From NCBI GenBank assembly GCA_040437565.1, contig JBDOQK010000014.1, positions 310,001 to 374,000 on the forward strand: a DNA stretch of 64,000 bases, written 5' to 3'. The stretch comes from Albugo candida (lineage: Eukaryota). Both the position numbers and the translations under genes were made by a program. Below, one piece after another: positions 40,085 through 50,761 of the stretch. Each line of letters opens with the position of its first letter. Position 1 is the first letter of the stretch. The notes beneath the pieces are model-generated. The model saw only the letters and a program-made list of their open reading frames with translations, ran no database searches and was not told where the DNA came from.

Positions 40085-43000
40085 AGTTGATGGGTATTCC
40101 ATTCAAAATGAATGCTTACCAGATATGCTCTTTCTCGTTTCATCATCCGCCGCATAAGCAGCATCTAAAAACACTTCTAGATTGACTTCTCTGCGATTGG
40201 TGCATACTTCACCACCAAAATAGAGCTTTAGACGTTTCGTACACTTGATATACTTCACCACTCTGACACCTGACGCCCAGTCGGCTGTTGTTGGTGCGTG
40301 AGTGCGTCTCGTCAGCTTGTGTGCAGCAAAACTGATACTGATGTCTGGCCGAATGCAACGCGCTTCCCATAAAAATTAGAACTTCTTCGTTGTTGGCTTT
40401 TTGACTGAATGCATCTCCAAGTGGTTCGAATTTGATGTTGTGCTATCGCTGTAGTCTTGACTGATAGGCGTGAAAACCAGATGCGCTTCGTCCAGGCCCA
40501 TTTTTGTTATCAGTTTGCACATAAACGGCTCCTGATACAAAGAGTATCCAACTTCTTCGCTGTAGTGAGCTCTCATGCCCAGAAACTTGCTGACGGGCCC
40601 GAAATTCTTGATTGAAAGACTTGACAGACTTTCAAATGGTGACTCGATTCTCGAAAACCTTGTCGCCGTTATCATTATATCGTCGCCACATACCTCCAAA
40701 AGAGTAATTTCACTTTTGTCATGGTCGTAATTTGAACATGCGTCTTGAGAGACGTAGTTTAAAATGCGCATCGCTTAGCTTTTCGTGCAAAAGGTGACTC
40801 AATTAACATCCTGCTTGCTTCAACCTATATAGACTCTTCTGTAGTCGTAGTACCACTTGTTCAAGACTCGTAACACCGAGTTCAGCCATCTTGGAAACCG
40901 ATATTTCCATTCCTTCGGACACGTGCAACTACAAGGTAAAGTTCTTTTCTGCTGGTACCTTCACGTACGCATTAAGTACGTCTCCATGCCTCGCTGCTAT
41001 TCCCCAGATCTTTGCTAAAGCTAGTATGAGCTTTGCTGTCCGTAAATTCACGACTGCTGCAAAAGTCATGTCGTGTTTGACTCCGAATACTTTTTCGTTC
41101 CCGCAAGCAGCCATACTAGCCTTGAACCGTTCCAGATTCCCTTTTGCGTCCGTTCTTCGCTTGAATACGCACTTGGTATGTAAGGCTTTAATCTCTTTGG
41201 CTCTTGTTACAATGGTTCATGTTCGGTTTCCCCCAAGGAGGCTAGTGATGCGTCTGCAGCCTCCTTTCACTCGATATGCTTTACTGACTTCATTGATTGG
41301 TTCTACATCTTCGGATACGGCTCAATCAGCACTGAAACGATCTATCCAGCCGAGCTTTCCTTCCTTGGTTTCTGGAAACCATCTTGTTTCTTCAATCCTT
41401 CTTGATGAGACCCGCTCGCGTTCTTGCAGAAGTCGTGATTGATTTCTTTTTATCGTTAGTATCCTCGCGAGCTTTATGTCTACATCTGTCGAATCTTGTT
41501 GAATTCGCTTGGAATTTTCATTTCCATTTGCTCCTTCCAGCGTTGACTCCACATTTGAGATGTGTTGAGTACAATGACAGTGCTTGATTTGAGTATATAC
41601 ACTTTGTAACCTTTGGTTTCATCGCATTTTACGATAACAATGCCTCGTTCACTCCGCTTTGCGAGAGACTTTTTTTCCACTTCGGATTCGAAGCGAACAA
41701 GGTGAGCCGAACATTACGACATCAACAAGACTTGTATTTTTCCCAGTCAAAATTTCCAAAGGGGATTGTCTTCATTCGTTCGCTCTGGTTGGGCTTCTAT
41801 TGAGAATATACGTCGCATATTCAGCGGCATCTCCCCAAAGATGTAGCGCCATATAGCTTTCAAATATCATAGACCGCACAAGGTGCATGACTGTCCTATG
41901 CATTCGTTCAGTTTTCCCTTGGTTTCCGGCTTCACTGATTTATCTTCGTACTCCTTCTTTTTTGCAAAAAAAGTCGACATTTCTGTACTCTGCGCTGCCA
42001 TCAGTTTGTAGAACATGAATCTTGCAATCAAAACGCTTCTCGAAGTAAATCAAACAATCTTGGAACTTCGTAGCTGCTTCATTCTTGGTCTCGGGAAAGA
42101 ATACTCGACAATAGTTTGATTTGTAGTCGATGAAATTGACCAAATATCGAATTCCGCGTCGGTCTTGAGGTGTGATCGGATCCTTCAGGTCACTGCATAT
42201 AACTTCACCATAGCGGTATCTTTCCGAGACTGTTTGTTCTTCGTTTGCTTGCTTTCCATGCAAGTAATGCAATTCAATCGCCGATGGTCATCAATATCGA
42301 TCCCTGATTCCGGGAGCTTTGCTTTACGCTCAATAGTATCGTAGTTCAGATTAACAAAGAGTTGAAGGAAGTGTAGAAGACTTCCCATCTGCTTCTTTGT
42401 TTCGTCCACGGACTCTATTGAAGCGAGTACATCCATGACACTGGAGACGCGTTCTCGACCTTCTGTCTCGACAGCGAGAACATTCTTGACCACATTCACT
42501 TCGAACACGATCGCACCATTGGAAGTACGTTAAACAGCTCTCGATACATCTTCCTGATACAGCATCGTTTTGCCTTCAACTTTCCATACGAGAAAATGTT
42601 TCAAGGAGGTGTTCTGAATGTTTCACATTGTTCAAGGTAACATTCCTCGGTAAATCGTAGACTCTTGTGACGATCTTCGCCGATCCTGTCCATCCCATCT
42701 TCATTTCCTTCCCATTCTGAAGTATGCATGATTCGTTACTTCCTTGCAATGTTGTAACATGTTCATATCCGTTACGCAAGGCCTGCTGGAACCGCTGTAT
42801 AATATTCATACTTTTTTCGTCTGTTTCAGCGTAGCACTTTTGAATTTGCTAGACGATCTCTGTTTCCGGCAATCTTTTTTCATATGTCCACTTTCCCACA
42901 ATTATATCAGTTCATTTGCTTCTTCGGCTTGGATTCTCTTCTTGCACCAATTCGGTCTCGATTCCATTTCTTCGCCTCTCTTGGTGCATCACTGATGACG

Positions 43001-44105
43001 TCTGAATCCATAAGCTGGGCAAAGTAACACAGTTCCTCGGCTTGCCTTCTCGTGTCTTCTCTCATTGTGTTGACACGGACCATCACAGCTTGTTTGAAAT
43101 CAGGCTTTGCGTACTTGATAACGCTTTCCAGGAGAAAATCGTCTGCTCCACCGACTGCTTCACTGACTGCCGACAGGAGTAAAAAATGCTCGCTCCAAGA
43201 ACGTCCTGTCGGTTTTTTTTGCTGTAAGAAAGCGTGTTGCTTGCGCTCTGGTGAAGTTGGGCCGAGGCCGGAAGTGATTCGATATAATGGATTGCTATGC
43301 AGCCATTCATTGGCTGGTATGGCCACATTTCGAAATCTCGCTTTTGTGATTATCTTCGTTCTAAGCTACTGAATAAGGCTGGATCTTCAACGCTAGAGCA
43401 CTGATCCATCCTTTGAGGGACCTACTGCTTGTAATAAGTGAAAGCTTTCCCGCTGAGATGCCGTCCAAAGCAGTCAAGCTTCACCTCCTCAGTCCAAAAA
43501 ACGCCGGATGTTTGTTGGGCATGCGATACTTGCCGCAAGAAACGATAACCCATTGCGTTTAAACGCCACTCCAAGTCCAGTGTAGGTTTCATCCTCGTCG
43601 AATGGCTGAATGGTGAGCTTCATATCCCTTGCTTCTGGGAACCTGAATCGATTTACCCCGTACAGCGCATAATGTTACATGGCAGACAAAGCTCCTCCTG
43701 ATCCCACTACCACGCTGCTGCATCGGTTTCGCATCCAGAGATGACATTGTCGAACCCTGTCCTTGGTTGCATGGATCTACGAATACGCTCTCCGCTCGCG
43801 TGGGTGGTGCTGGTACGGGCGAGCCGACGCTCCGTTCGGTCTCGAGTTTGTCCAGTCGAGTTTCGAGTGCCTCCAGCAGCAGCATCATTCGGCCCATCTT
43901 CGACTCATCTGATCCGTCGGATTCTTCCATGGTCTTGGCTGATGTAATCTTGGTTGGGGTCATAAGCTGTTGGCAGGTGAGCGAAGGTTTTTGACTTGGG
44001 AAAAACTGTCCAAAAGGAGGTTTTATTTTTTGAGAATTGTAATCCTAACCAATCGTTAAGACTAAGTACCAAGTGCGACTAGAAGATTCTTAGGTCCATC
44101 CAACA
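40085..44105 (-). mobile_element. Ty1/copia element (family A), 3'-truncated within RNase H
   Basis: 5' LTR 43968-44105 (TGTTGG...CCAACA); PBS 43956-43967. Gag FLQQKKPTGRSWSEHF, integrase VICSDLKDP...QTDGSAEY, RT ARHGDVLNAYVK. Confidence 0.93.
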
Positions 44106-44193
44106 TGATAGGTATGCCTTTTTATGATAGAGATGAGTAGGTAAGGATACAGTGTAGGCGATGAGAACACTATCTCAGTATGTGTTCTCACTT

Positions 44194-44439
44194 GGTTTCC
44201 GTTCCCAGCTCAGTGGGTTAACCACTTGAGCACACGGACCCCCTGCCGGATGTTGTTAGTTCGATCCCGGCAGTGTGGGCAGCGGTTTGAGCCCAACCAA
44301 GCAACAAGCTTAAAAAAATGTCTGCCTCCCTAGGTTTGAAGTCAGACTTAAGTGATATTCACACCGTCAGGGGCTCATGATAGGATAAGGAAGGTACTTA
44401 AAGATCCAGATAAACAGTGGAATGAAATCCTTGGCAAAA
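44194..44439 (+). mobile_element. Complete tRNA-derived SINE copy
   Basis: Box A-like CAGCTCAGTGG, box B TAGTTCGATCCC. Probable TSD TATGTGTTCTCAC (44179-44191) / TATGTGTTTCCAC (44440-44452). Confidence 0.9.
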
Positions 44440-47239
44440 TATGTGTTTCCACGAATTCTATCAATTAATGGATGCTCATATGGCATGCATAGACAAGGAA
44501 CTATTACTCACCGACATTACTAACTGCATGCTAAACGACTTTACGCTTACGACTTTACGCTTACAACTTACGTGTCACGATTACGAATGTTACACATTAG
44601 GAGGAAGGGTCTGACATCTTTCGGATCCTTTTCGATATGTGCGCTCTTTCATCACAGTCAGGAGCACAACTTCGATCATACTCTCCCTCTTCATTTTACA
44701 TTATTTACTTTGCTGCGCGATAAATCTCAAGCATCCCTGCATCCGAAACTTAGCTATGGCATCTCATACTTATTACGCCCAACACACATTGTTCTCGTTT
44801 TTTTTCATCGAATATGTACATTAGTACTCGTCAGTATTTGAGAACTACGAAGGAAGTGATGAAGATATGGAATTCAACCAAGCTGATGTTTCCAGTGTTG
44901 CGTTGTAGCGTTCAATTATGTTCGGGTTGAAAGACTCGACGTTAAAACGTGTAGAGATTGAACGATTTATATTAGCTTTATGTTCGAAGCTAAAAACGGG
45001 TCGTCTAGCTTTCCACAGGTATTCTCTATCATTCGTATAAATGGATCGAGAAAATGTAATCGGGATGACGCTTCTCGCGGGATTTCATCGACATCACTGA
45101 GCATGTGACTACTTCTTTCGTCGATTTGCGTGTCTTTCCACACTACTACAGCACTAAACAGAAGTAATTTTTTAATTGAAGTTACCGCCATAGTTTACAA
45201 GATCAGAGACCACCTGATATGAGATAGACGGTACGACACGCACAGTTGATGCAGTCTAACGATCCGAAAATTACTATCTGTATTCTGGATTATTTCTTTG
45301 AACGTAAAGTTCATCATTTATAACCCGGCATCCCGAGCTTTCAAAGCCAATCGAACAAATTCCTTTGTATTGGAATATGTAATTCGGACTATTCGCGAGT
45401 GATGGGAGCACGTACCCTTATCCTATAGGGAGACCTTAAAGCACAGGTGTCAGAATTGGATTCAAAATTTCGCGACTGTCTACTTGACCAATTTTGGTGT
45501 ATGGAAAGATCAAACGGGAGCATATAGTTCTGGTAACAACTATACTTGCGAGTTTAACACGAGTAGAGGATACGCAGTTATTTGCTGTCTACATTGACAT
45601 AGGACGTATGTGTGTTTCGTCCTTGTGCCTTTCAAAAGAAGCTAACACATTCCGTGAGATCTTGAACCTTTTTTCTTTTTCATTTTTTTTCATCTGGTTT
45701 CCGGGAGAGCAGATCACATTTTCTATAGATGGATTTCAGTAATCTCATTTGATACAAGCTTGTACAAATTTTCATGCACGATTGATGCTTGTCGCCCAAA
45801 ACTCTTCTTTTATGTGATAGACGTGCATGCTGAATAGCGCATAGCAGGGCGTTGCTTTCGCATCAGGATCAAGTACTGTTTTCTTTCACGTTACATTGAG
45901 ATCTTTACTATATATGATAATCTAACTTCCCGGGGTGGGAACTAATTTAGCGACTCTAAATTCTGATAATCTAGATTTTGTACGACAGGATCTAATTCAT
46001 TTCTGCTATTGTTAAATATTAGTCAAATCGGTGACACCAATCAAGCTTCGATTTTAATAGCGACACCTCTGATAAATAAAGTGCTGGAGAGCTTTTACAT
46101 TACGCAAAAAATTCTACAAATAAGCCAGGATTAAAATTGAAACCTTTTATGTATTAGTATACATAGACTGAGAGCATCGTCTACGCTAAATTCTCCTGAC
46201 AACCCGATCTGTCATGTTAGACACGACTAGTAGAGACTAGTACAGAATGAACAAAGTCATCCAGACTGATTAAATATACGTCTCTCGTAAACTCGTGTAC
46301 TATCTTGAGGAGTACCCTACCAGTCTTCACTACATTTACATTAAAATGCACTACCGCATTATTTATGAGCTCGCACTTCAGCTTCTCCATTGTGGATCAA
46401 GAACAGTAAGTCATTTCTGTCAACTAACTTTCGCTTGTGTCACGAGCTTGCTATACAACTTACCGCTTTTGATGAACTCGCATCGAACCATATACAGTAT
46501 TGCTGGAATAGAAGCGAGTGTTTCCTCTCGGCACAGCTCAAACGAATTTTCGTTTGAAGTGGACGGAGGTCATGAATTAGCAAATAACTCGTTGTAAAGG
46601 ATGTGAATGGATCAAAAAATGCACGTATCGAATCCGACTTCGAAAGATTTATGATGTTTAATGCCTCTTAGAGGAAGAGTGAGGAATAAACCAATAGATC
46701 AAACAGCACTAAATTCTTGAGANNNNNNNNNNNNNNNNNNNNNNNNNNNNNNNNNNNNNNNNNNNNNNNNNNNNNNNNNNNNNNNNNNNNNNNNNNNNNN
46801 NNNNNNNNNNNNNNNNNNNNNNGAGTCTTGATGTTCAATCTATCAGGTGCTGATCCGTGCGCTTTATCTTCAGAAGCGAAGCTTAATCTTTAGGCAAGAA
46901 AGACACGTTTCATTTGGCACGGACAAGTCAGTCTTTGTTTTGGAGCATCTCGAGCAAATCGTTTTAGTGCTCTACTTTGTTGTGACTTTCGATCAGCTGG
47001 TCATGTTTAGTCTGATGAGACTGGTCAGATTATCCAACATCGGTGATGTTGAATCGTTTGTACTGAATCTATGCGGTGGTGAATAATTAGAGATTAAAAC
47101 AAAGCAGTCCGCAATCAAAAACCAATTCCCTACTGCTCGACTATACAGTGGCTGTGCACGAATCATTGTATTATACTATAAAGGCAAAGGTAGAATCTTT
47201 GACGACAAAAGAAAAATCAAATACCATTTATTTGATGAT

Positions 47240-48073
47240 TTAGTGGGTAGAAACCGAAGGTTTATCAAGCGGACGGAAGCCAAACTTCAGGTTCCCTGTG
47301 CCGTCTTCTCTGTAGAATAAAACCTCGTGGGTCTTGGTAACTGGAGTACCAATGACCCAATGGTCACTTTCATGATGTTGAACCATCAAATGGCATATAT
47401 CGTCATTCGGTTCTCGCAAAAAATAATTTGACCTTGATAGTGTGAAAATCTCCAATGAATCAGAGGTGAACTTGAATGTCGGAAGCTTCAGATTGGGAAT
47501 TTGATCACAACTGATTGATCCAGGGGAATCTTTTGGCATTGCATTCTTAATTTCAGTATATGCCCACTCAAGGAAGCGACTCTCGACAATTTGAAAGTTG
47601 AAAGAGACTCTTATATTCTCTTTTGCCCCGTTATCACCGTCACATTCGATCTTGAAGTCATCTAGATCCAAATTTGGTTTATCCAATTTTTCTGGCGCCA
47701 CCGTGGTGAGCGCGATCACTTTATTGGCATCAAAGTGATTTGGTTGTACCACGCGTAGAACAGGCGGGCCAGGCCTATCACCCCACTTGATACTAAAAAT
47801 TGGATTTATTGGTCGTTCCTGCATGCCATACTTGAAGAGTCCAAATACGAGAATATTGTGTCCTTTTGCATCAGCGGGACTGAGTAGGGGAATTTCAGGT
47901 AATCTTTCTTTCACATAATCGATGCGATTCTGAATGTGCGGTACGACTACTGCGTAACAACGTTTGTTGCCGCAGGATTCAAATACGAGTCTGAGGGGTA
48001 TTTTCAAAGAAGCATTTGAGTACTGGGATCCAAAAAAAGCCAAACGAGTTTCCTTACACCCAGCATTGTTGTG
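47240..48073 (-). CDS. Divergent pepsin-like (A1 aspartic protease fold) protein; long final exon, 5' exons unresolved
   Basis: Open frame of 277 codons after a TAG at 48074-48076 (acceptor or premature stop). The C-terminal part follows the pepsin C-lobe pattern: PIFSIKW, ISCDQIPNLKLPTFKF, FTLSRSNYFL, ICHLMV, WVIGTPVTKTHEVLF, KFGFRP. Confidence 0.7.
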   Translation of the reverse strand, partial: HNNAGCKETRLAFFGSQYSNASLKIPLRLVFESCGNKRCYAVVVPHIQNRIDYVKERLPEIPLLSPADAKGHNILVFGLFKYGMQERPINPIFSIKWGDRPGPPVLRVVQPNHFDANKVIALTTVAPEKLDKPNLDLDDFKIECDGDNGAKENIRVSFNFQIVESRFLEWAYTEIKNAMPKDSPGSISCDQIPNLKLPTFKFTSDSLEIFTLSRSNYFLREPNDDICHLMVQHHESDHWVIGTPVTKTHEVLFYREDGTGNLKFGFRPLDKPSVSTH

Positions 48074-50550
48074 CTAGATGATAAATTTATAAGTGAATTG
48101 CGATTGCATCCGCCCTGCTACACCACACAATACAAAAGTGGGACGGAAACCTTTTGGCAGCTGCATATCAGGTAAACGGGAAACTTTTGTATTCTGAATT
48201 ATATCGAAAGGAGGTAAGGACTAGGTGCAAGTGATAAACTACCTTTGTTTGTGCAGCAAAGTTGTGTCATTGTATTGTTGACGCAGTCAATTTCCGCGTA
48301 AACTTTTGGGATCGAATGCGAATGGAACTTCAGACGTACCTCTAAGAATGGATTCGGTATAGAATGATACAGGTTCCGCAAAAAAATGAAGTTGATGTGA
48401 GTATAAGAGCTCCTACAAGATTTCCTACATCAGAAGTTTGTACTATGCGACGCAAAAGAAGATTAGGCATTCGTGTATATGATCTAAGGAATCTAGCGAA
48501 TGCGATGTAGCCTAATTTCAATGCCTTGCGCCCACCTGTAAAAGAAAACTATAACGGCTGAATTCAATTCACGAAATTTAAATTACCTCCTTAACATAGT
48601 GTACCTCCTGGTTTGATAGTACTAGTATATATCATATCTCTCATAAAAAGGTATCGACTCACGCGAAAGGCTCGTAATCTGTACATAACCTAATACTCTG
48701 TCGTTTTTTATTCATGTCTTGAATTCGAAGTATGTGCTCTTTGAAACGAACTTCAGATTCCCGGATGTACGAGTGTTGAGCTACTATCTGTTGAATATCA
48801 AAGGAGAGATACCATCTTCTATTGCTAGATGCTCAGAGAAGGGCCTGCCGTCCGAATTGAATTGAGCTTCAGTTACATGTGAACGAGTTTGCACGCAAAG
48901 AAGTGAAAACAATGACTCTTTGTAAACAGATTCCTATGGTATTGACAACTTCTGAACGTTACCTCTACGATCTCTCTAATATCGAAGTTTGATTAAGTTT
49001 GGCCGTCATGTGCAAATCAACGTTAGTCATTTCGATTAGTCTTGGGCAATAAATGTGCAAGTACGATACTCTTCTTACTTTTTATCGTTTTAGTGATACC
49101 CTCTTTGGAGCTACAGTGTTGTCTCGCACCCGTAGCACTTTGTCTTTTGAGGTGTAACCCGAGGTTGCCTTAAAGACTTAAAATTTATCGTACATATGGG
49201 CACGATGAGTTTTCTTAACTTTTATTCTTTGTCGCGTTTTTGAATATCAAATTCCAAAAACATCTACTAGTAAATTGGGAGGTCTAAATCATCACAAAAA
49301 GGGTTTGCATGGAGTCGTAGACGCAAGCGACATGAAAGCAATGTAACACAAGCTGGATTTCTGACATCTTGGAGACTACCATCAGCCTTGCTATTGAATT
49401 GTTTCGCTCAAATCTCACGACATTTGTAAATCTAAAAGTACTGTTGAGGGCGTAACGAACAACTCTTCTACGTCAGTAGGAGGGGGATACATAGTAGGGT
49501 ACAGTCATCAAAGTCTAAGGTGTGTATCTGAGAAACGTCACGAAACTTTTCCACCGAAACCTTTTGCGCATTTATAGCAAGCAACATCTCAACGATACTG
49601 GATCTACTTTCGTACTGTCAATGTTATACTATTACCCGCCACGGTGAGTATCCTTCCAACGACTCATGTATGGGGATCTTCCCGTCCTTTCTAAGCTTAC
49701 TTTGGAAGCAAAACTTTAATGATGGAGTAGCTCAGATCACTAGTTCAGAGTCCGCCATGCATCGGAATACCATGCAAACATCATCCTATACCATTCATTG
49801 TACTCTATCTTGGACTAGCAGATATAGAGTCAATTAAGCTGCGTAAACTTCAATGTCCGTCAATTTTTCGCTCTCTTATTTTTAATTTTATTACATCTAT
49901 ATTATTTTTCTTTTTTTTTTGAAAATAAAAAAAAACATTTTTGAAGGTACTTGAGTCATCGTACTGTTCTAGCACGAATGAACAATTGTTGGGTGCTTCT
50001 TCTGATCAGAGACATCCTTTTGACGTTTTGGATCATAAGTCATGTGTCTCTCGAGCCTTGTGGTGACTTCATTGCAATAAATATAAATACTCACATGCAC
50101 CGCTTTCTACCTTTTTCTAACAGTTCTTGTTAAAAAGGTCACTTCGTACGAGCATCCGTTTGATAGATATACTGCCCATGTGAGCTATAGGACGGCAGTG
50201 GTGGTATTGGCTTTCTTAAATGAGATATCAATGACTCTGCGTGAAAGAGGTCTTTCTCATTTAACAAAAAGCGCAGGATTCAATGACGATTTTCACTCTT
50301 CGTCTTTACATCCTGGCAGGACGAGCCGTATCTAACAGCTGTTGTTTCGATGTATGGTGTTCACAAGCGCCTAGAGGACGACAAGAACAGGCTTAGTGAT
50401 AGACTCGGGTTCGGCGACACCTGCACCGATGCATACACATTAATTGATTCTAGCTAGCATTCGAGTGTCCTCTTGCACTAAAAACGAGAAGATAAATCTC
50501 TTGTGAAGTATATCACTTCCGTCCGTTCCGACTCTCTTCTTTTTATTTAC

Positions 50551-50761
50551 TTTGTCAAGGATTTCATAACACTGTGTACCTGGTTCTTTGATTACTTTCC
50601 TTTTACTATTATAAGCCCATGATTGTGTAAATATCACTTAAGCCTGGCTTCAAACCTGGGGAGGTAGATATGTTCCAAGCTTTGCGCTTGGTGGGCTCAA
50701 ACCGCTACTCACACTGCCGGGGACCGAGCTCACGACCTCGAGAAGGGATTTCGCATGCTCA
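50551..50761 (-). mobile_element. tRNA-derived SINE copy, 5' end replaced by a LINE 3' end
   Basis: Aligns with the 20374-20841 copy from TTTGTCAAGGATTTCAT to CACGACCTC; box A is missing. Confidence 0.85.

Noticed and set aside
44162..44190. 9-bp inverted repeat TGAGAACAC/GTGTTCTCA beside the SINE
   Set aside because: Single short palindrome, not seen at the other SINE sites.
44194..44275. SINE head as a real tRNA gene
   Set aside because: Box A/B are present but there is no complete cloverleaf, and it is fused to a repeated body with TSDs.
20188..50637. Recurring small ORF MIFTRSGAHNKIRKVVK (20188, 20479, 39217, 50440)
   Set aside because: Chance translation of the SINE body from GTG/TTG starts; the C-termini differ with the flanks.
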